Source: the human T2T-CHM13v2.0 reference genome, Homo sapiens
Strand: one strand, 5' to 3'
Assembly: GCF_009914755.1 (NCBI RefSeq)
Contig: NC_060926.1
DNA: 64,000 nucleotides
Shown here: piece by piece, positions 38,236-59,047 of the stretch
Position numbering within the stretch: the first letter of the stretch is position 1
Layout: each line of letters opens with the position of its first letter
Translations under genes and position numbers: made by a program
The notes under the pieces: model-generated
Told to the model about the DNA's origin: nothing
Seen by the model: the letters and a program-made list of their open reading frames with translations, nothing else
Database searches by the model: none

Positions 38236-40022
38236 CTTTATTTCCAACTCTTAAGTTCAGGGGTGCATGTGCAGAATGTGCAGGTTTGTTACATAGGTAA
38301 ATGTGTGCTTTGGTGGTTTGCTGCACAGATCATCTCATCACCTTGGTATTAAGCCCAGCATCCACTAACTATTCTTCCTGATGCTTTTCCTCCTCTCCCG
38401 TGCCCACCCTCTGACAGGCCCCAGTGTATGTTGTTCACCCCCATGTTTCCATGTGTTCTCATCATTCAACTCCCACTTATAAGTGAGAGCATGTGGTATT
38501 TGATTTTCTGTTCCTGCGTTAGTTTGCTGAAGACAGTGGCTTCCAGCTCCATCCATGTCCCTGCAAAGGACACGATCTCGTTCCTTTTCATGGCTGCATA
38601 GTAGTCCATGGTGCATATGTACCATATTTTCTTTATCCAGTCTATCATTGATGGGGATTTAGGTTGATTCCTTGTCTTTGCTATAGTGAATGGTACTGCA
38701 ATTAACATACATGCATGTGTCTTTATAATAGAATGATTTATATTCCTTTGGGTGTATACCCAGTAATGGGATTGCTTGGTCAAATGGTGTTTCTGCCTCT
38801 AGGTCTTTGAGGAATCGCCACATTGTCTTCTAAGATGGTTGAACTAATTTATGCTTCCACCAACAGTGTAGAAGCGTTCCTTTCTCTCCACAATCTCACC
38901 AGCATCTGTTGTCTTTCAACTTTTTATAACAGCCATTCTGACTGGTGTGAGATGGTACCTCATTGCAGTTTTGATTTGCATTTCTCTAATGATCAGTGAT
39001 GTTGAGTTTTCTTCATATTTTTGTTGGCTACATGTATGTCTTCTTTTCAGAATTATCTATTTATGTCCTTTGCCCACTTTTTAATGGGATTTTTTTTCTT
39101 GTAAATTTGTTTAAGTTTCTTATAGATTCTGGATATTAGAGCTTTGTTAGATGCATAGATTGCAAAACTTTTCTTCCATTCTGTAGGTTGTCTGTTTACT
39201 CTGTTGACAGCTTCTTTTTCTGTGCCAAAGCTCTTTAATTTAATTAGATCTCATTTTTCAATTTTTTCTTTTGTTGCAGTTGCTTTTGGCATCTTCTTCA
39301 TGAAATCTTTGTCCATTCCTATGTCCTAAATGGTATTGCCTAAATTTTATCCTAGGGTTATTATAGTTTTGGGTTTTATGTTTACACCTTTAATCCATCT
39401 TGAGTTGATTTTTGTATATGGTGTAAGGAAGGGGTCTAGTTTCAATTTTCTGCATATAGCTAGGTAGTTCTCCCAGCACCATTTATTAAATACAGAGTCC
39501 TTTCCCTGTTGCTTGTTCTTGTCAGGTTTGTCAAAGATCAGATGGTTGTAGGTGTATGGCGTTATTTCCAGGCTCTCAGTTCTGTTCCATTGGTCTATGT
39601 GTCTGTTCTTGTAACAGTACCATGCTGGTTTGGTTACTGTAGCCCTCTATAGTTTGAAGTTGAGTAGCATGATGCCTTCAGCTTTCTTGTTTTTGCTTGG
39701 GGTCGCCTTGGCTATTTGGGCAATTTTTGGTTCCATATGAATTTTAAAATAGTTTTTTTTCTAATTTTTGAAGAATGTCAATGGTAGTTTAATGGGAATG
39801 ACACTGAATATATAAATTGCTTTGGGCAGCATGGCCATTTTAACCATACTGATTCTTCCTATCCATGAGATGGAATATTATTCCATTTATTTGTGTCATC
39901 TCTGATTTCTTTGAGCAGTGGTTTACAGTTCTTGGTGATGGCCTTCACTTCTTTTGTTAGTTGTAATCCTAGGCATTTTATTCTTTTTGTGGCAATTGTG
40001 AATGGGAGCTCATTTGTGATTT
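38236..40022 (-). mobile_element. 5'-truncated L1PA (about PA11-13), ~1.8 kb
   Basis: 3' end taagttcaggggtgcatgtgcagaatgtgcaggtttgttacatagg; ORF2 C-terminal peptide on the minus strand (ORF 38466-38783); TSD-like aggtcagtct / aagccagtct. Confidence 0.96.
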
Positions 40023-40184
40023 AAGCCAGTCTGTTTACGCAGGTATAACCTATTCTTGGAAGTGATGTCTATTACTTTTGCTATGTTCTATTTACTCGAA
40101 GACAATGAAGGATAAGTGATTCCATAAAGGTATAAACACAGAAAGAAGGATCGTTGGAAGTCATCTTAGAGACTAACTGCTACA
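40023..40184 (-). mobile_element. MLT1F/H-like MaLR LTR, right half
   Basis: tataacctattcttggaagtgatg..ttacttttgctatgttctattt...ggatcgttggaagtcatcttagagactaactgctaca. Confidence 0.7.
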
Positions 40185-40199
40185 GAGGGAGAAAATGAC

Positions 40200-42262
40200 G
40201 TTAAAAAAGAACAATCTAAGATAAGCAGAGATAAAGGAAAGTAAAAAGAAAACACAAACTGAGAGAGTAGAAATAAGCCCTATGTACCACAATAAAGGTA
40301 AACATTAAAAATGAGCTATTAAATACAGAAATTATTACTAATTTTTCTTCAAAATATAAAATACAGTTGTAAATGAAGATACAGAACCTCTTATTTGCAT
40401 ATGATATGATTACTTACATAGAATATTCAAAATAATTGTCATACTCTTAGAACTTATTAGAGAGTTGATACACTCTGGTAAGATTTTAGGACTTAGGTTT
40501 TAGGATAAAAACTCAACATATAAAAATTCTATATACCAGTAACAAAGCTATATACCAGTGACAAAATTAATTAGAAAATGTAGGGAATAAGCTTCAGTTT
40601 ACAGTAGCAATAAAAAGTTTGTTATCCAGAAACAAACCTGAATAAAAATGTTCAAACCTTTAGGATAAAATTGCAAAATAATAATGGAAGGTATTAAAAA
40701 AACTAAATAAATGAAAAGAACTGTACCTGTTCAAAGACTGGATAATATTAGTAACATCAAAATATCAATTTTCATTAAATTAATATATAAATTTGATTTA
40801 ATTGCATTTACTAACAAGTTTTTTGGTGAAATTAGAAATGCTGACCCTATAATTCATAGGTATAATGAAATAGAAAACACAGGCATAGCAATTTTGATGA
40901 ATAATAAGGTAGCCAGGCTTGATTTACCAGATACCTAGACTTCCAGAGATCCATAATAATTGGAACTGTGAAATTAGCAAAAATACACCCAATGACACAA
41001 AACACAGGATGTACAAGAAGTTCTACACATTTAGGATGATTTCATATTTAGAAGAGTAGGCATTACAAATAAAGAGAGAAATAATAAATTATTTTATACA
41101 TATTGACAAGAAAATAGAAAAATACTATAAAATTGGATGTCTTCTTCATAGCACACACTGATATGATTTTCAGATAAATTAACGTCCTGAATGTGAAAAG
41201 GTAAATTTTATTTAAAACTTCTAAATAATATAGAATTTCTTAAATAAGATTAAAAATACAAACAATTAAGAAAATACATACATTTAATCACATTTTAAAA
41301 ACATGCTCAAAAAAGATACTATTAAGACGGAAACAAAAGCTCCGAAATAAGAGTAGTTTTTCCAACATACATTAACTGGAATGGTTAGGAATAAAGGACT
41401 CCTACAAATAAAAAAGAAGACAATACAATAGAAAATATGCAAAATACATGAACAAACAATTTCTAAAGGAAGAAGCCTAATAAGGAAAATATGGCCGATA
41501 CCCTTGTAATCCTAGAAATGAAAGTTAAAATGGCAATTATAAACCATTTAATGTCTATTTGATTGGCAAAAATTGACAAAACCAATATTGACAGAGATAA
41601 GGAGATCAACTAACATATGCATGCAGTTGGTGCAGACAGAAATCACTATTTTGGAGAATGTTAGCAATAGCTAATAAACGTGAAGATGCTTTTATCATAC
41701 AATCATCAAATTTTACTTCTTGAGACATACATAGAAAAAGTGAATAAGATTTGTGCCTAGGAAGATATAAGAATTTTTGTGGAGCCATGCTTTCACTAGC
41801 CAAAACTGAAACCATCCTAAATTCCTGTCACTAAAGAATGTAAATCTAACTCATATTATAATTGTAACATTAAAATCAATACATTGTTTAAGAAGTGCAA
41901 GCATCATTTATTGACATGGCCAAATGTCGGAAAAATAGTATTGAGTGTAAAGAGTAAGTTACAAAATAAAATGTACTGTTTGCTGCCATTTCTATAAAGT
42001 ATAACAACCAGCAAAATGACAAATTATAGTACTTATATTTAAATATGCTAAAAATATAGATTTATGGAATTGATAAACACTGAATTTACAATAGTAGTTG
42101 CACTTTGAGATAGGCAAACAGGGAATGCCAGTTATAGATGCTCTTTGAAAAACTCTTATGTGCTACTAAGAGTTAATAGAGCTGGGTGGTGGGTATATGA
42201 ACACTGATTATCTTCTGTATTATTATTGAGTTATTTGAAATAATTCATAATATATTTTAAAA
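40200..42262 (+). mobile_element. Ancient L1ME-type ORF2 and 3' end
   Basis: A-rich degenerate ORF2 (ttatttgcatatgatatgattacttacatagaa; ORF 40711 NIKISIFIKLIYKF...LDLPD) and an L1ME-like 3' end gggtggtgggtatatgaac...tttgaaataattcataat. Confidence 0.85.
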
Positions 42263-42879
42263 ATAATTATTCTTCCTGTCCATTTCCATTAAGACATCTG
42301 TGGTCCAGAGCTAAGTTAATTTATGCTTGGAATCCTGTCATGGATGTACTGTTGACATTCTCTGTCCTCAGTTTAATCTGTCAGTCAACTCTAGCCTATC
42401 ATTTACAATAATCAGCAGGAACATCTAATTTCTTTTTACAATCATTTCACAATATCTACTATATTAAGTCCAAGCCTCTATTTCTGGTATTCCAGGCTAT
42501 CCAGAATCTGCCAAGACTGCTCATTCTTAACATTTTCCTCAGCTTTCTGAAGGAAGCTCTCACTTCAGTTAAGCATAACTGCCCATTGCCCCGTCACTCA
42601 GTCTACCATTCCAAAGCCTACTGCTCCATCAAGGCACAGTTCAAATGACATAACTTTTATAATTTTCCTTTTCTGACCACTTCAGCTAATACTGATGTTC
42701 TTTTTTTTATAGTTTATATTATCTATAAAATCAGTATTGTAGCAGTTACTTCTTAAACAGGCTCAATTTTTCTATAAAATTTGGATTCAAACATTTAATC
42801 CTGTGAGGGCCAGGAAATATCTTGTTTTCTTTTCTATGAATCATAGGGCTAAATACGCTCATTCCTCTAAATTAGCTTT

Positions 42880-43772
42880 TGTTCCAGGATGCTCAAATGG
42901 CACTTAGGCTGTCTGTAAATCTGGAATATTCCTGACTTTTACCACATTTTCACTCTCTCGTCTTTAAACAACCACTAAGTCCTTTTTTGTAGCTTCATTA
43001 ACGTATTTTTATTTGTGAATTTATCTCTGTTTTCACTGAATATCCTTGTAGAATCCACTATTACTTTGTACAGGTTGAGAGGTTAGAAATTATAACATCG
43101 AAGTTTATATATCTTGGTGAAATTATCGCCAATACTTACAGAGTGGGGGAATTTTGCCTTTTTTTTCCTCAACAGGAATCTATGTAACTACCCTGGCCCC
43201 CTTCTAGATCCTATAGTGAAGCCAGAATGATCTTTACAAAATTAAAATTAGTCACTCTCGGCTTAATCCTCAGATGCCTTTTCATTGTCCTCACAGGGTC
43301 CTAACTCCTCAATATGACCCATGGAGACTTGAGTAAGATGCCACTGCCTATGTCCTCCAGTCTCACCATATGCCTCCCACCCCTTAGCTGTCCACACCTT
43401 GGCTTCTTTTAGTCCCCATAAAGCCACATTCTTTATCTTCTCAAGGCTGCCAAACACAGCCCATTGCCCGTCATCCTTCTTCACACATAGGCTATCTCTA
43501 CCTTTCCAACAGGTTTTATGTTAAATATTATTTTCACAGTGGATCTTTCCTTGACTGCTCCTACCCATTCAATTCAAGCTGTTACAATTTCAGTAGTTCC
43601 TTTCATTTATGCTTCATAACATCCATAAAAACGAAATTATTTTGTGTTGTGTTTCTTTTCCATGAGTCCATAAACTCTCCAGAAGGTAGGACTCCATGTT
43701 TACTTCCCTAGTATGTATCCAGTGGCTAACAAAAGGTAACAATAGATGCTGTATACGTATTCGTTGAATGCA
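42880..43772 (+). mobile_element. L2 relic
   Basis: gaagccagaatgatctttacaaaatt...gtcactctc..cttaatcctcagatgccttttcattg; tail gtatgtatccagtggctaac...gtattcgttgaatg. Confidence 0.75.
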
Positions 43773-45519
43773 TCACTTAGAATATTGTTTCAAAAGATTA
43801 AAATAAATAAGAAATGTAATTTCTTGCATACTTCTACTTTCCTCAGTTTCCTGTTATTTGTTGTTGTTATTCTATGCTTACAGATTGGAAAAAGATGAAG
43901 GAAACAAAAGCACATTTCTAAAAGAGGAAATCAGATCTAAGCAAACCAAACTTCTGAGCATATACAAAAACTTGTTTTTTCAAATTTTCTAAGGTTGCAA
44001 AATAGAATTAAATCCTTTATAAGTACTATTTTCCCTTTATTAAGTGTGATTTAATGTATTGGGGGGGTCATTGATTACTTTTTTAAAAAAAATAAGAGTT
44101 CCTGGGGATTAAAGAGAAACCAAAATATTCACCAGGGCAGTGTTTAATATTTAACAAAACAAAACAAAAATGTACAACCCCATGCTTGATTCTTTCAAAC
44201 AAAGCACCCCTACCTAGCCCATTCTCTAATAGTTTCTTTAGCCATTTGCTCCGTTTGCATCTCTGCTGTGTGTTACAATAGCCCTACATAGGCTTTGGAA
44301 ACAATAACACAACCCCCTTCTCAAAAGAGAAAAGGAGAGGGGAAAAAACATACAATCCGTATTTCACACCCTGCCATGTTCTGGCTGCTCTAGATGATTA
44401 AAGATAATGGCCGTTTGCCCAAAGTATAGACTCAGTTCACAAATGGGATTGGAAAACAACTTTATGATAAATGTGGAAAATATATATTTCTTCTATGGTA
44501 TATGCCTTTCTTTATAAATAAGATAGAGGGCATTTTTTAAAATTCTATTTGCACATAATAATACATGAAATTACAGCTTTTATAATATTGTGTATTGAAA
44601 AGAAGTGGATTGATTTGGTCAACCGAGAAACACAGCATATTGTCCTCAGAACTGTGGGAATTATATGTACTGATATCTTACAACCTGCGAAGTTCTTCTA
44701 AAGAAATTATTATATATTACACATTTCTGGTTTATTTCATGGTGACTGCAATTGATATGGAAGAGAGAAGTTTGAAGTTTCATCCTGATGCATACCTACT
44801 TATTTACATAAAGTTTATAATAAGTTTTAGAACAAAAATGTTAACTAGGTCGAAGGGGAAATTGTCAGTGAAGAATTGGATCCCTCTGGAAGTGATACAT
44901 TTCTGTTACTCCTTTAAATTGTGTTTTAACTTACCTTGGTGAAGAAATAGCTCCCCATGACCCATTTTGTAAATGATGAAATGTTCCAGGCCTTCATTGA
45001 GGTAATAGGGGGAAGTCAGTTCCCAGTATTTGCTATGCTTCGGATTGTTCCTCTAATAAACTAAATGTAATTAAAAATAGAGCAGGGCCATTGCATTTTA
45101 ATAGCTCGGAGTCTTCCCTGTGGAAGAGTCAGCAAACAGTGAGAGAATACGAAGATTCAGCTCCCCAGCACCTGCCAGGCAGGCTTTGTCAAGATTAACA
45201 GCATCACACCAGGTTATTAGAGGAAACATAAATACTTTTGAGGCTCTGTGGGTAGTTACGATATCACGCTTTATTATCTTCTCCAAAATGGAATTACTCA
45301 TTGTAATTGCTTGCCAGTCACAGGCCAGCAAACATGACAGAAAAAAACCCCACATATCGGGGAGAGGCAGTTATAATGTACAGGAAACTGACCTAGAGAA
45401 TTGCTTTTAAGGACACATTATGTATTTGTAAAAATCATATGCTTTATGGCACTTTACAGATTCTAGAATAGGCACATATGCGGACCTTGCAATTTGAAGT
45501 GGGCATAGGCAGGATTTGA

Positions 45520-45660
45520 ATTCCTATTTAAGTAAGGAAATGGAGAGTGTAAGGAGATTGAGTGATTTGCACAGAAATCCTGCTGCTAGTGAGTGTAGAG
45601 TTGAGAATGAACTGCAGTCTTCTAACTTTAGAGTCTGCTCTTTCTGCTATTCTGTGTAGC
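45520..45660 (-). mobile_element. MIR relic
   Basis: taaggaaatggagagtgtaaggagattgagtgatttgcacag...gctagtgagtgtagagttgagaatgaactgcagtcttctaac. Confidence 0.65.
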
Positions 45661-48600
45661 CCTGCCTGAGTTCAGCAGCAAACATACCATGTTTGCTGCC
45701 ACTTTCAAATCATACCTTTCTTGGCAAAAGAGTGGTTTTGAAGAAATTAAAAATTTCCTACAGGAATGATGCAAATGAATTGTAGTTTAGTAAATGGCCT
45801 TAAGAAAGCTGGAAGAATTGATGTCAGGCATGGGATATTTGAGAAAATGTGAGAAGTCCCTATCTCTGTGAGCAAGATGAGAAAGTGATGCATTAGTAAG
45901 CATTGTGGAATTTGTTGTTGTTGTTGACTTTATTTCCACACCAAAGGTGATTATCAAAAAGTGAGATAGGGTAATATCATAGGTATCTGGGGGAGTTGGG
46001 GCTAACTGCCACACTCAGGAACTTCATGTGTGGCCTGTAGGGAGGGACGCAGTAATAATATGTTTTGAAATCTGTTTGAGGTCAGAGGGAACATGAAAAT
46101 TTTAAGTCAAGACTCCTGGACTCCATACTTTCCTAAACTAAATGAATATCCTAGCTGAAGTTATGATTGTACATAAAACAGTACACGGAGGCTGATTCTA
46201 TTCATTATCATACAGACTATTACTGCCTGGTACACCTGAATCCTAGGCTATCCAGAGGGAAATGATTCATTGTGGTTCAGTTAGTCCAACAGAACTGCAT
46301 CTGGAAATGTATTCAGAACACAAGATTTCTGGCAGAGACAGCAACCCCTGTTATAATTCAAAATAAAGCAAACATTTTGTGTGCTCAAATCCTTTATTTT
46401 CTGCATTATATGCTAAAATCACAGATGGAGTTTTCTACCTATAATCCCATTACCTTGATTGCAATTTTCTGAAGATTGAAAAAAATATTGCCTCCTTGTT
46501 TATTATTTACTATATGTTTAAATTTGAAGCTTTTTCAATAATATTTGAATCAGATATGTTGTATTTTAGTGCTTTAAGTTCTCTGATATTTTAACAGAGC
46601 GATACCATCACTCGTAGTCTAAATTTTCCTATTTTCCTTTGACTATTGTCTTTCCAAGCTATAATCTGAAAAAAATCCATAGTAAAAGCCATTTGCCCTT
46701 GAATTCTCTAGCTTGTCCTGGAGCTTAATCCTGTTTCCCAAACCTGTATTTAGCGGTAACCAGTCTGTCACCAACTTTTACCTTAATCTGCTTATATGTG
46801 ATGAACAGTTCTCTTAAAACTCTTACTCTATTTATTCTGGGAGTCTTTGGGTTTATGAAGACTATTTCTACTACCAATGGAACTCATCATATTCTTCACT
46901 GTAGTTCCAACTGATGGCCACAGATAATAGTCACTTGAGGTCCTCTGCAGGTAGCATTCTCTATAAAGTCACGGATGTTTGTGCCAAGGATGTTGTCTCC
47001 TGACATTCCCTTCCATTATGTACATACTGCAGTTACCAAATCCATGCATTCTTCAACCCTCAAAGCACATTTTCACTTGAGCAGCAAAGCCATGAATGAG
47101 TGGCAAAGCCCAGGGTAAGAGGGGCCTCTGCTTGTAGCCCCATGTAGTTCATATGGAAATTCTTGGACCTGAGCCAATATTCCAGCTCCCAGTCAAACAT
47201 CATTTTATCTTCATTTTGCCTCTTCTTTCCTCCCCAGCCCCAGTCTGTTGTAAATGTCACTGCTGAATTCCAGTAGTAGACAAAGCGTAGATAGTGACTG
47301 CATCCCCACTGTATCTGCCACTCCCTTGGTCTTGTTATATCTTATACAAAAGACTTCCTTTCTGAAAATTATGTTATACTTAAAGATTTTCTTTCTTCAA
47401 TAAAATAGATTTCACACTTTAAATGACTCACCAAAGCATGTGTGAGCTGAAGATTGACACTGAGGGAGGAATGTTTTAGGAGGAGGCCAAAAAAAAAAAA
47501 AAAGTGGCAAAAACTATAATTCTACAGTTGCTGTCTTTGGCTAGTCTTTTTTTTTTCTTTTCTTTTTTTTAAAGCCTATTCTAGAATGGTGGCAGAAGAA
47601 TGCACCACTTCTGCATTTCAATTGTATTCATATTCTAACTGCTCTTATTCATACCATCTGTATTTCACCACATGTTGGCCATGAAGTAGTGAAACACAAA
47701 GTGGGTTCAGAACCTTGTATATATTTCTACAGTAAATAGTGCAGTGTGTGAAAAAAATGTCACTTCTTTAATCTGCTACCCTATGCTTTATTCGTTGCCA
47801 TAGTGAACATTATGGATTTAGTTATATAGTTTCTAGTTAAGATAGCTAGTTAAGCACACATTCAGAGAGAATTTCTCATGTGGCAGGAAATGCACAGGAT
47901 GCAGGAGATCCAAGTCCTCACTATCTAAAATAGAAGCATATTGCCTTTGTTTTATTTCCTGAATATTTGTCCTCATTAGTAAAAGTAAGAACATGCCTAT
48001 TTTTGGAAACTTATTTTAAGTTTTTTAAACAATTATTTTGTTGCAGAATAATAACTGTGAATGAGACAATGAGCTGACTCGCCAAATTGGATACTGCAGC
48101 AATACATCCAATTCTGATTGCTTCTTAGGGACTGGCTTAGTACCTCTAGACATTTACAGTGTTTTTTGACTATATGCTTGTTAAAAGCTTCTATTATAAA
48201 TTCAGAAGCTTTCAAATTAAATTCATAAATGCTCTGGATCTGAATTCCAACCTAAATTTAAAACACATGTGCAAGCACTGAAAGTATTCCCTCTAAAACT
48301 TAGGACTTGTTGGTTAATCTAATTGGTTTTTTATGCTTATTAGACTAGGTAGTCTAGAATTCTTCTATTATATGTTATAATATGTGTAAATTTCAGCTAA
48401 GTTTTATCTCTGTGGAGTAGTAGAGAGTGAGCCAGACCAGCAGCCCCCAACCAAAGCAAGTGGGGTAACAGATGGAGTGCACAGTATGAAATTAGAGAAT
48501 AACTGGCAGGATTTTTTTTTTAATGATCCATCTGGAATCCAAAGGTCAAGATCATCAATTTCAACACTTACACAGGACCACAGCCTAAAATTACATCTAA

Positions 48601-48804
48601 TTTCTAAGGTGACTTTTTAAAAAAGTCTTCATTTTAAATGAAATTTATCTGGAAAATAAACACTAAGTTACAAATTAACACAGTAAATGCTGCATTATTA
48701 TGAGATAATGGCTTACGCATATAGAAATATTATTAATTTCTATGGTTAATCACATTAACAATTCTACATGTTCTATGCTATCATATACAGAGCTGCAAAA
48801 CAGA

Positions 48805-49760
48805 TGCATTAGGGCAGGCAAGATTGATGTAACAAAGTGACCACCACACCACTCCAAATTCAGTGGTTTATAGAACAAAGAAATGTGTCTTTTAGTAAGT
48901 GCCTTTAGTAACAGTATGATCATTCATACATTGATGGGTGGCTCTGCTCCATCAGAGCATTTAGAGACTTAGGTTGTTGGATGCTGTGGCAAGTCAAGTA
49001 ATGTCCCCCTACAAAAATGTTGGCATCGTAATCCCTGCAACCTGTGAACACGTGACTTTACATGGCAAAAGAAATTTTGCAGATGTCATTAAGTTGAACA
49101 TATTGAGATGGGATTACCCCAGATTGTCCAGGTGGGCCCTATGTAATTATCATGGTCTTTATAAGAGGGAGTCAGGAAGGTCAGAGTAGAGAAGGCAATG
49201 TGACAATGGAAGCAAAGGTCAGAGATTGAGAGAGACATTTAAAGGTGATATATACTGCTGGATTTAAATATAGAGCAAGGGACCACTAACCAAGAAAAGC
49301 AAGTTGCCTCCAGATCCTCTAAAAGCAAGGAAGATTCTGCCCTAGAGCATGCAGAAGAGACCATCCCTGTAGACATCTTAACTTTAGGTCAATGAGACTG
49401 ATTTTAGACTTCTGATCTCAAGAACTGTAAAATGATAAATTTGTGTTGTTTTAAGCCACTGAACTGTGGAAACTTGTTACAACAGCAATAGAAAACTAGT
49501 ATCCTGGCTTAACTTGGGGCTTCCAAGGTTCCTATGGTCATCATCATTTCAGCTAATGGGAAGAGATAAAAGAACAGGCCAGGGACAGTGGGACAGAGAC
49601 CCTACTTGTTTAAAGATCTTTCAGGGAATGACTTACATCACTTTCATTATTCCAGAATGAAGATAATTTAGTTGCCTGGCTACTGGGAAACTGGAAATTG
49701 AGAGTGTCTGGTAGCTATTTGAGCAAATAAATCTATTACTGTAGAGGAAGAAGAAGACGG
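48805..49760 (-). mobile_element. Old MLT1J/K-like LTR hosting an MLT1D
   Basis: gatgtaacaaag..ccaaattcagtggtttatagaacaaag before the nested MLT1D and ggaatgacttacatcactttc...actgggaaactggaaattg after it. Confidence 0.55.
48985..49502 (+). mobile_element. MLT1D-like MaLR solo LTR
   Basis: tgtggcaag..aatgtcccc...aatccctgcaacctgtgaacacgtgactttacatggcaaaagaaattttgcagatgt...aaatttgtgttgttttaagccact...ttgttacaacagcaatagaaaactagta. Confidence 0.92.
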
Positions 49761-49768
49761 ACTTGGGC

Positions 49769-49800
49769 AAAAAACAAAAACAAAAACAAAAAACAAAACA
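49769..49800. repeat. (AAAAAC)n simple repeat
   Basis: aaaaaacaaaaacaaaaacaaaaaacaaaaca. Confidence 0.85.
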
Positions 49801-50234
49801 GTCTGCCATAATGGAGGGCATAGTGCATAAGATTTATTTCATCTATGTTGCAGTGTAAGTATAACATGCAAAGTAGGTAGAGAAGAAATAAAGTGCCAAT
49901 AATAATTTAAAATAGTAAGAGCCATTTGTTATCAGTTATCCCTCTGATCGTATGAAGAAATAATTTGCAAAAGCATACTTATTACTCTTATTAAAAAACT
50001 AGCAATAATTCTTTCACCCATGAGTTTTACTTACAGTTCCAGGATGAATAAAATTTTAATTTAGCATTTGTACTCTGTACTACTGTTCAGTATTCTGAAT
50101 TCATTTGATAATGTTTTATTTTGTGCAATAATTTTTAACTCTACATAAACTTTGGAAATTTGATATATTAAGTATTGTAGCTATCACGTTTCCAGCATTT
50201 ATGGTTAAGACTCACTATATTTCTTCAATTCTCT

Positions 50235-50440
50235 TATTTGTTTATTAATGCATTAAAAATATTTACTAAGCAACTATTATGTATCATTTCTGAGGATACT
50301 TTAGTAAGCAAGATAGATTTGGTTTCTGCCTTTATAGAACATAAAATCTATTGAGAAAGTTATTTATATAAGCACTAATCCTAAGTGTGATAAAAACTAA
50401 AATAAGGGAAATTCAAGATGGTGTGAGAGCACATAGAGAT
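50235..50440 (-). mobile_element. L2 tail relic
   Basis: cattaaaaatatttactaagcaactattatgtatc...gtaagcaagatagatttggtttctgcctttatagaac. Confidence 0.65.
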
Positions 50441-50618
50441 AGCTTGGTGTTTATCTAGAGCAGTCTTTATCTAGACATCTACTCAAAGCAGATATTTTAA
50501 GTAGAGATTTTGTAAAAAGCACATATGTTTTACTCTCTTTATTGATATTTCTTAAGAACAAAGAAATTCAGTCATGTTGATATGATTTGGGTTATTTCAT
50601 CTGAAAAATAACTAATTT

Positions 50619-56858
<6,240 letters not shown>

Positions 56859-57164
56859 ACTCATTTACTCTCAATTCTCTTCCAGTTACCACCTCCATTC
56901 ATCGGGCCCCTACTTTGCCACACAGCTTTGAAAGAATTTTGTATTTAAAAAATTCTCGAAGTCTATTTATTTATATGTAACATATAAATGCACAAAATAT
57001 GCAGTAGATGGTATATAAATATTATATATGTTGGTTTATGTGTGAGTAATCCTCCTTTCCTGTGGATCACAAAACATTTTTTGGAAAGGCAGAGGACTAT
57101 ATGCACACATAAAAGAGGACTTACAAAACGATATGTTAGGTCTCAAGGTGTCATTGCCACCTGG

Positions 57165-58390
57165 CTTCTCACTGATGAATGTTCTCTTCAGTTTTTCCCA
57201 TGTGCATATATTTTAATAAATGTCAAAAATCCCGCTTGGGCCTTCTGCTCAATACCACAGGAAATGTCTCTAATTTCTCTCATTCTCTTCTGTCTTCAAG
57301 GTATCCAAATCAGGCTTTTGCCACCACCATCCCACTAAAACTGCTCTCCTCAAAGTCATCTGTGACCTGCAGGTTGATTCATTTGTCAAATTTCAGTCTT
57401 TGACTTGACTTAGCTACAGCATTTGATATAGACAAGTACTCTCTCCTCCCGTAAACACTGTTATAAATGTGGTTTACAGGACACCACACTGCCCTAGATT
57501 TTTCTCCTATCTCATTTTGCACTCCTTGTTAGTTTTATTTGCTTGGTCTTCCTCATCTCTCTTACCTCTAAATATTGGAGCTCTCGGACCGCGAATCTCA
57601 GGTTTTTCTTTGGCCATCTATAGTCACTTTTTAGTCATTGTATTCAACTTAATGGCTTTAGATATACTTTATACTATGGTATCTCCCAAGCTTGCATTTT
57701 TAGAAACTTATCTAAATTTATATCGTAGACTTTGCCATTGAATTTAAGATTGTTTCTCTAACTCCTACTTGATGTCTCCACTAAGATGGCTGATAGCTCA
57801 ACCCAACATCTTTAAAGCCTAATTTCCAGATTTCCATTGCATTAAATGGCTGTAAATATCACCTTCATTCTTCTAGTAAATCAGCCCAGAGATAGTGGAG
57901 CCATCTTTGACTCTTTTTTTCTCTCACATCCCACATCAAATTCAAATACATGTGTAAATTCTATTAATTTTTAAAATCTATCAAGAATACAAAACCTGCT
58001 CACCACCTCCACTGCTAATACCTAGCTCAAGCCATTGTCATTTCTTACCTAGATTATTATAAAAGCCTCCTACCCTGATTTTCTCTTTTCAACCTTTCCT
58101 CGGTAGAGTTGGCTCTCAAAAGTAGCCAGAGTGATCCTTTTAACTATAAGGTGAAACTATAACACTCCTCTGGCCTAAACTCTCTAGTGACTTACTTACT
58201 TGTTCGGAGTTCAAAGCCGTTTCATTATAATGGCTTCCCAGCCTTACATAATTTGGCCCTGATTCTCTGATCTCATCAAACATTTTTAACAACTGGCCTC
58301 TTTGCTATTCTAAATATCTAAGGTTAAAAATTATACCTTTCTTAGTATAGCAATTCAATAAATATTTATTGCCTGAAAAAATAAATGAAT
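57165..58390 (+). mobile_element. L2 (L2a-like) 3' portion, ~1.2 kb
   Basis: ccaaatcaggcttttgccacc..ccactaaaactgctctcctcaaagtcatc..tgacct; ggagccatctttgactc...ctctcacatcccacatcaaat; tail caattcaataaatatttattg..aataaatgaat. Confidence 0.9.
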
Positions 58391-59047
58391 ACTTAGAGAA
58401 TTTTTCCAGGGCAAATAATAACAACATATCATGTTGTGATGCTAGAGATCAGGCAGCTGCCATTTACCTCATATATTAAACACGATGCAGATAGACATAT
58501 TAGTTATAATAGCAACTTTCTAGGACAGAGGTTACCAGTGATTGTCTCCTCAATCTTTGAAACTTCAAAAATGAAAGAGGAAGATCTCTGCTTGAAAGGA
58601 AACCACATGCTTCCTATCCTAGCAGCCATGCAGAGCAAAGTGCTCATTAATCCTTCTCCAAAAAGAATTTCTTTCACTGAGAGATTTCTTCTTGATAGTA
58701 GAATCACAGTTCATGTTATTTTAAAGAATTATTTGGTTTCTTAAACCAGGGAGTGCCAGTACAAGGAAGGGGTACTTGGTACACACAGCATTAACTTTAA
58801 AATGGAAGGGAAAGCACCACTGCAAAGACATAAACTGACCCATTATTGTCAGTTTCCATTTATTTGAAGAGAGATAAATCCACAAAGCCCACGTGCTGGA
58901 GCAGTGGAAAAGAACGACAAACTGGAGGCTGTGTGTGTGTATGAGATAGAACACTTAAAATTTTAGAACATAGAATAGTAAATTATAAACAATAAGAGAA
59001 ACCGAGTGTTCAACAGAACCATGGTGAGTATATGAAATATTCATTTC

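Noticed and set aside
44595-45410. ORFs of 115, 85 and 96 aa in unique DNA as possible exons
   Set aside because: No recognisable protein similarity, mostly non-ATG starts and no convincing splice-site pairs.
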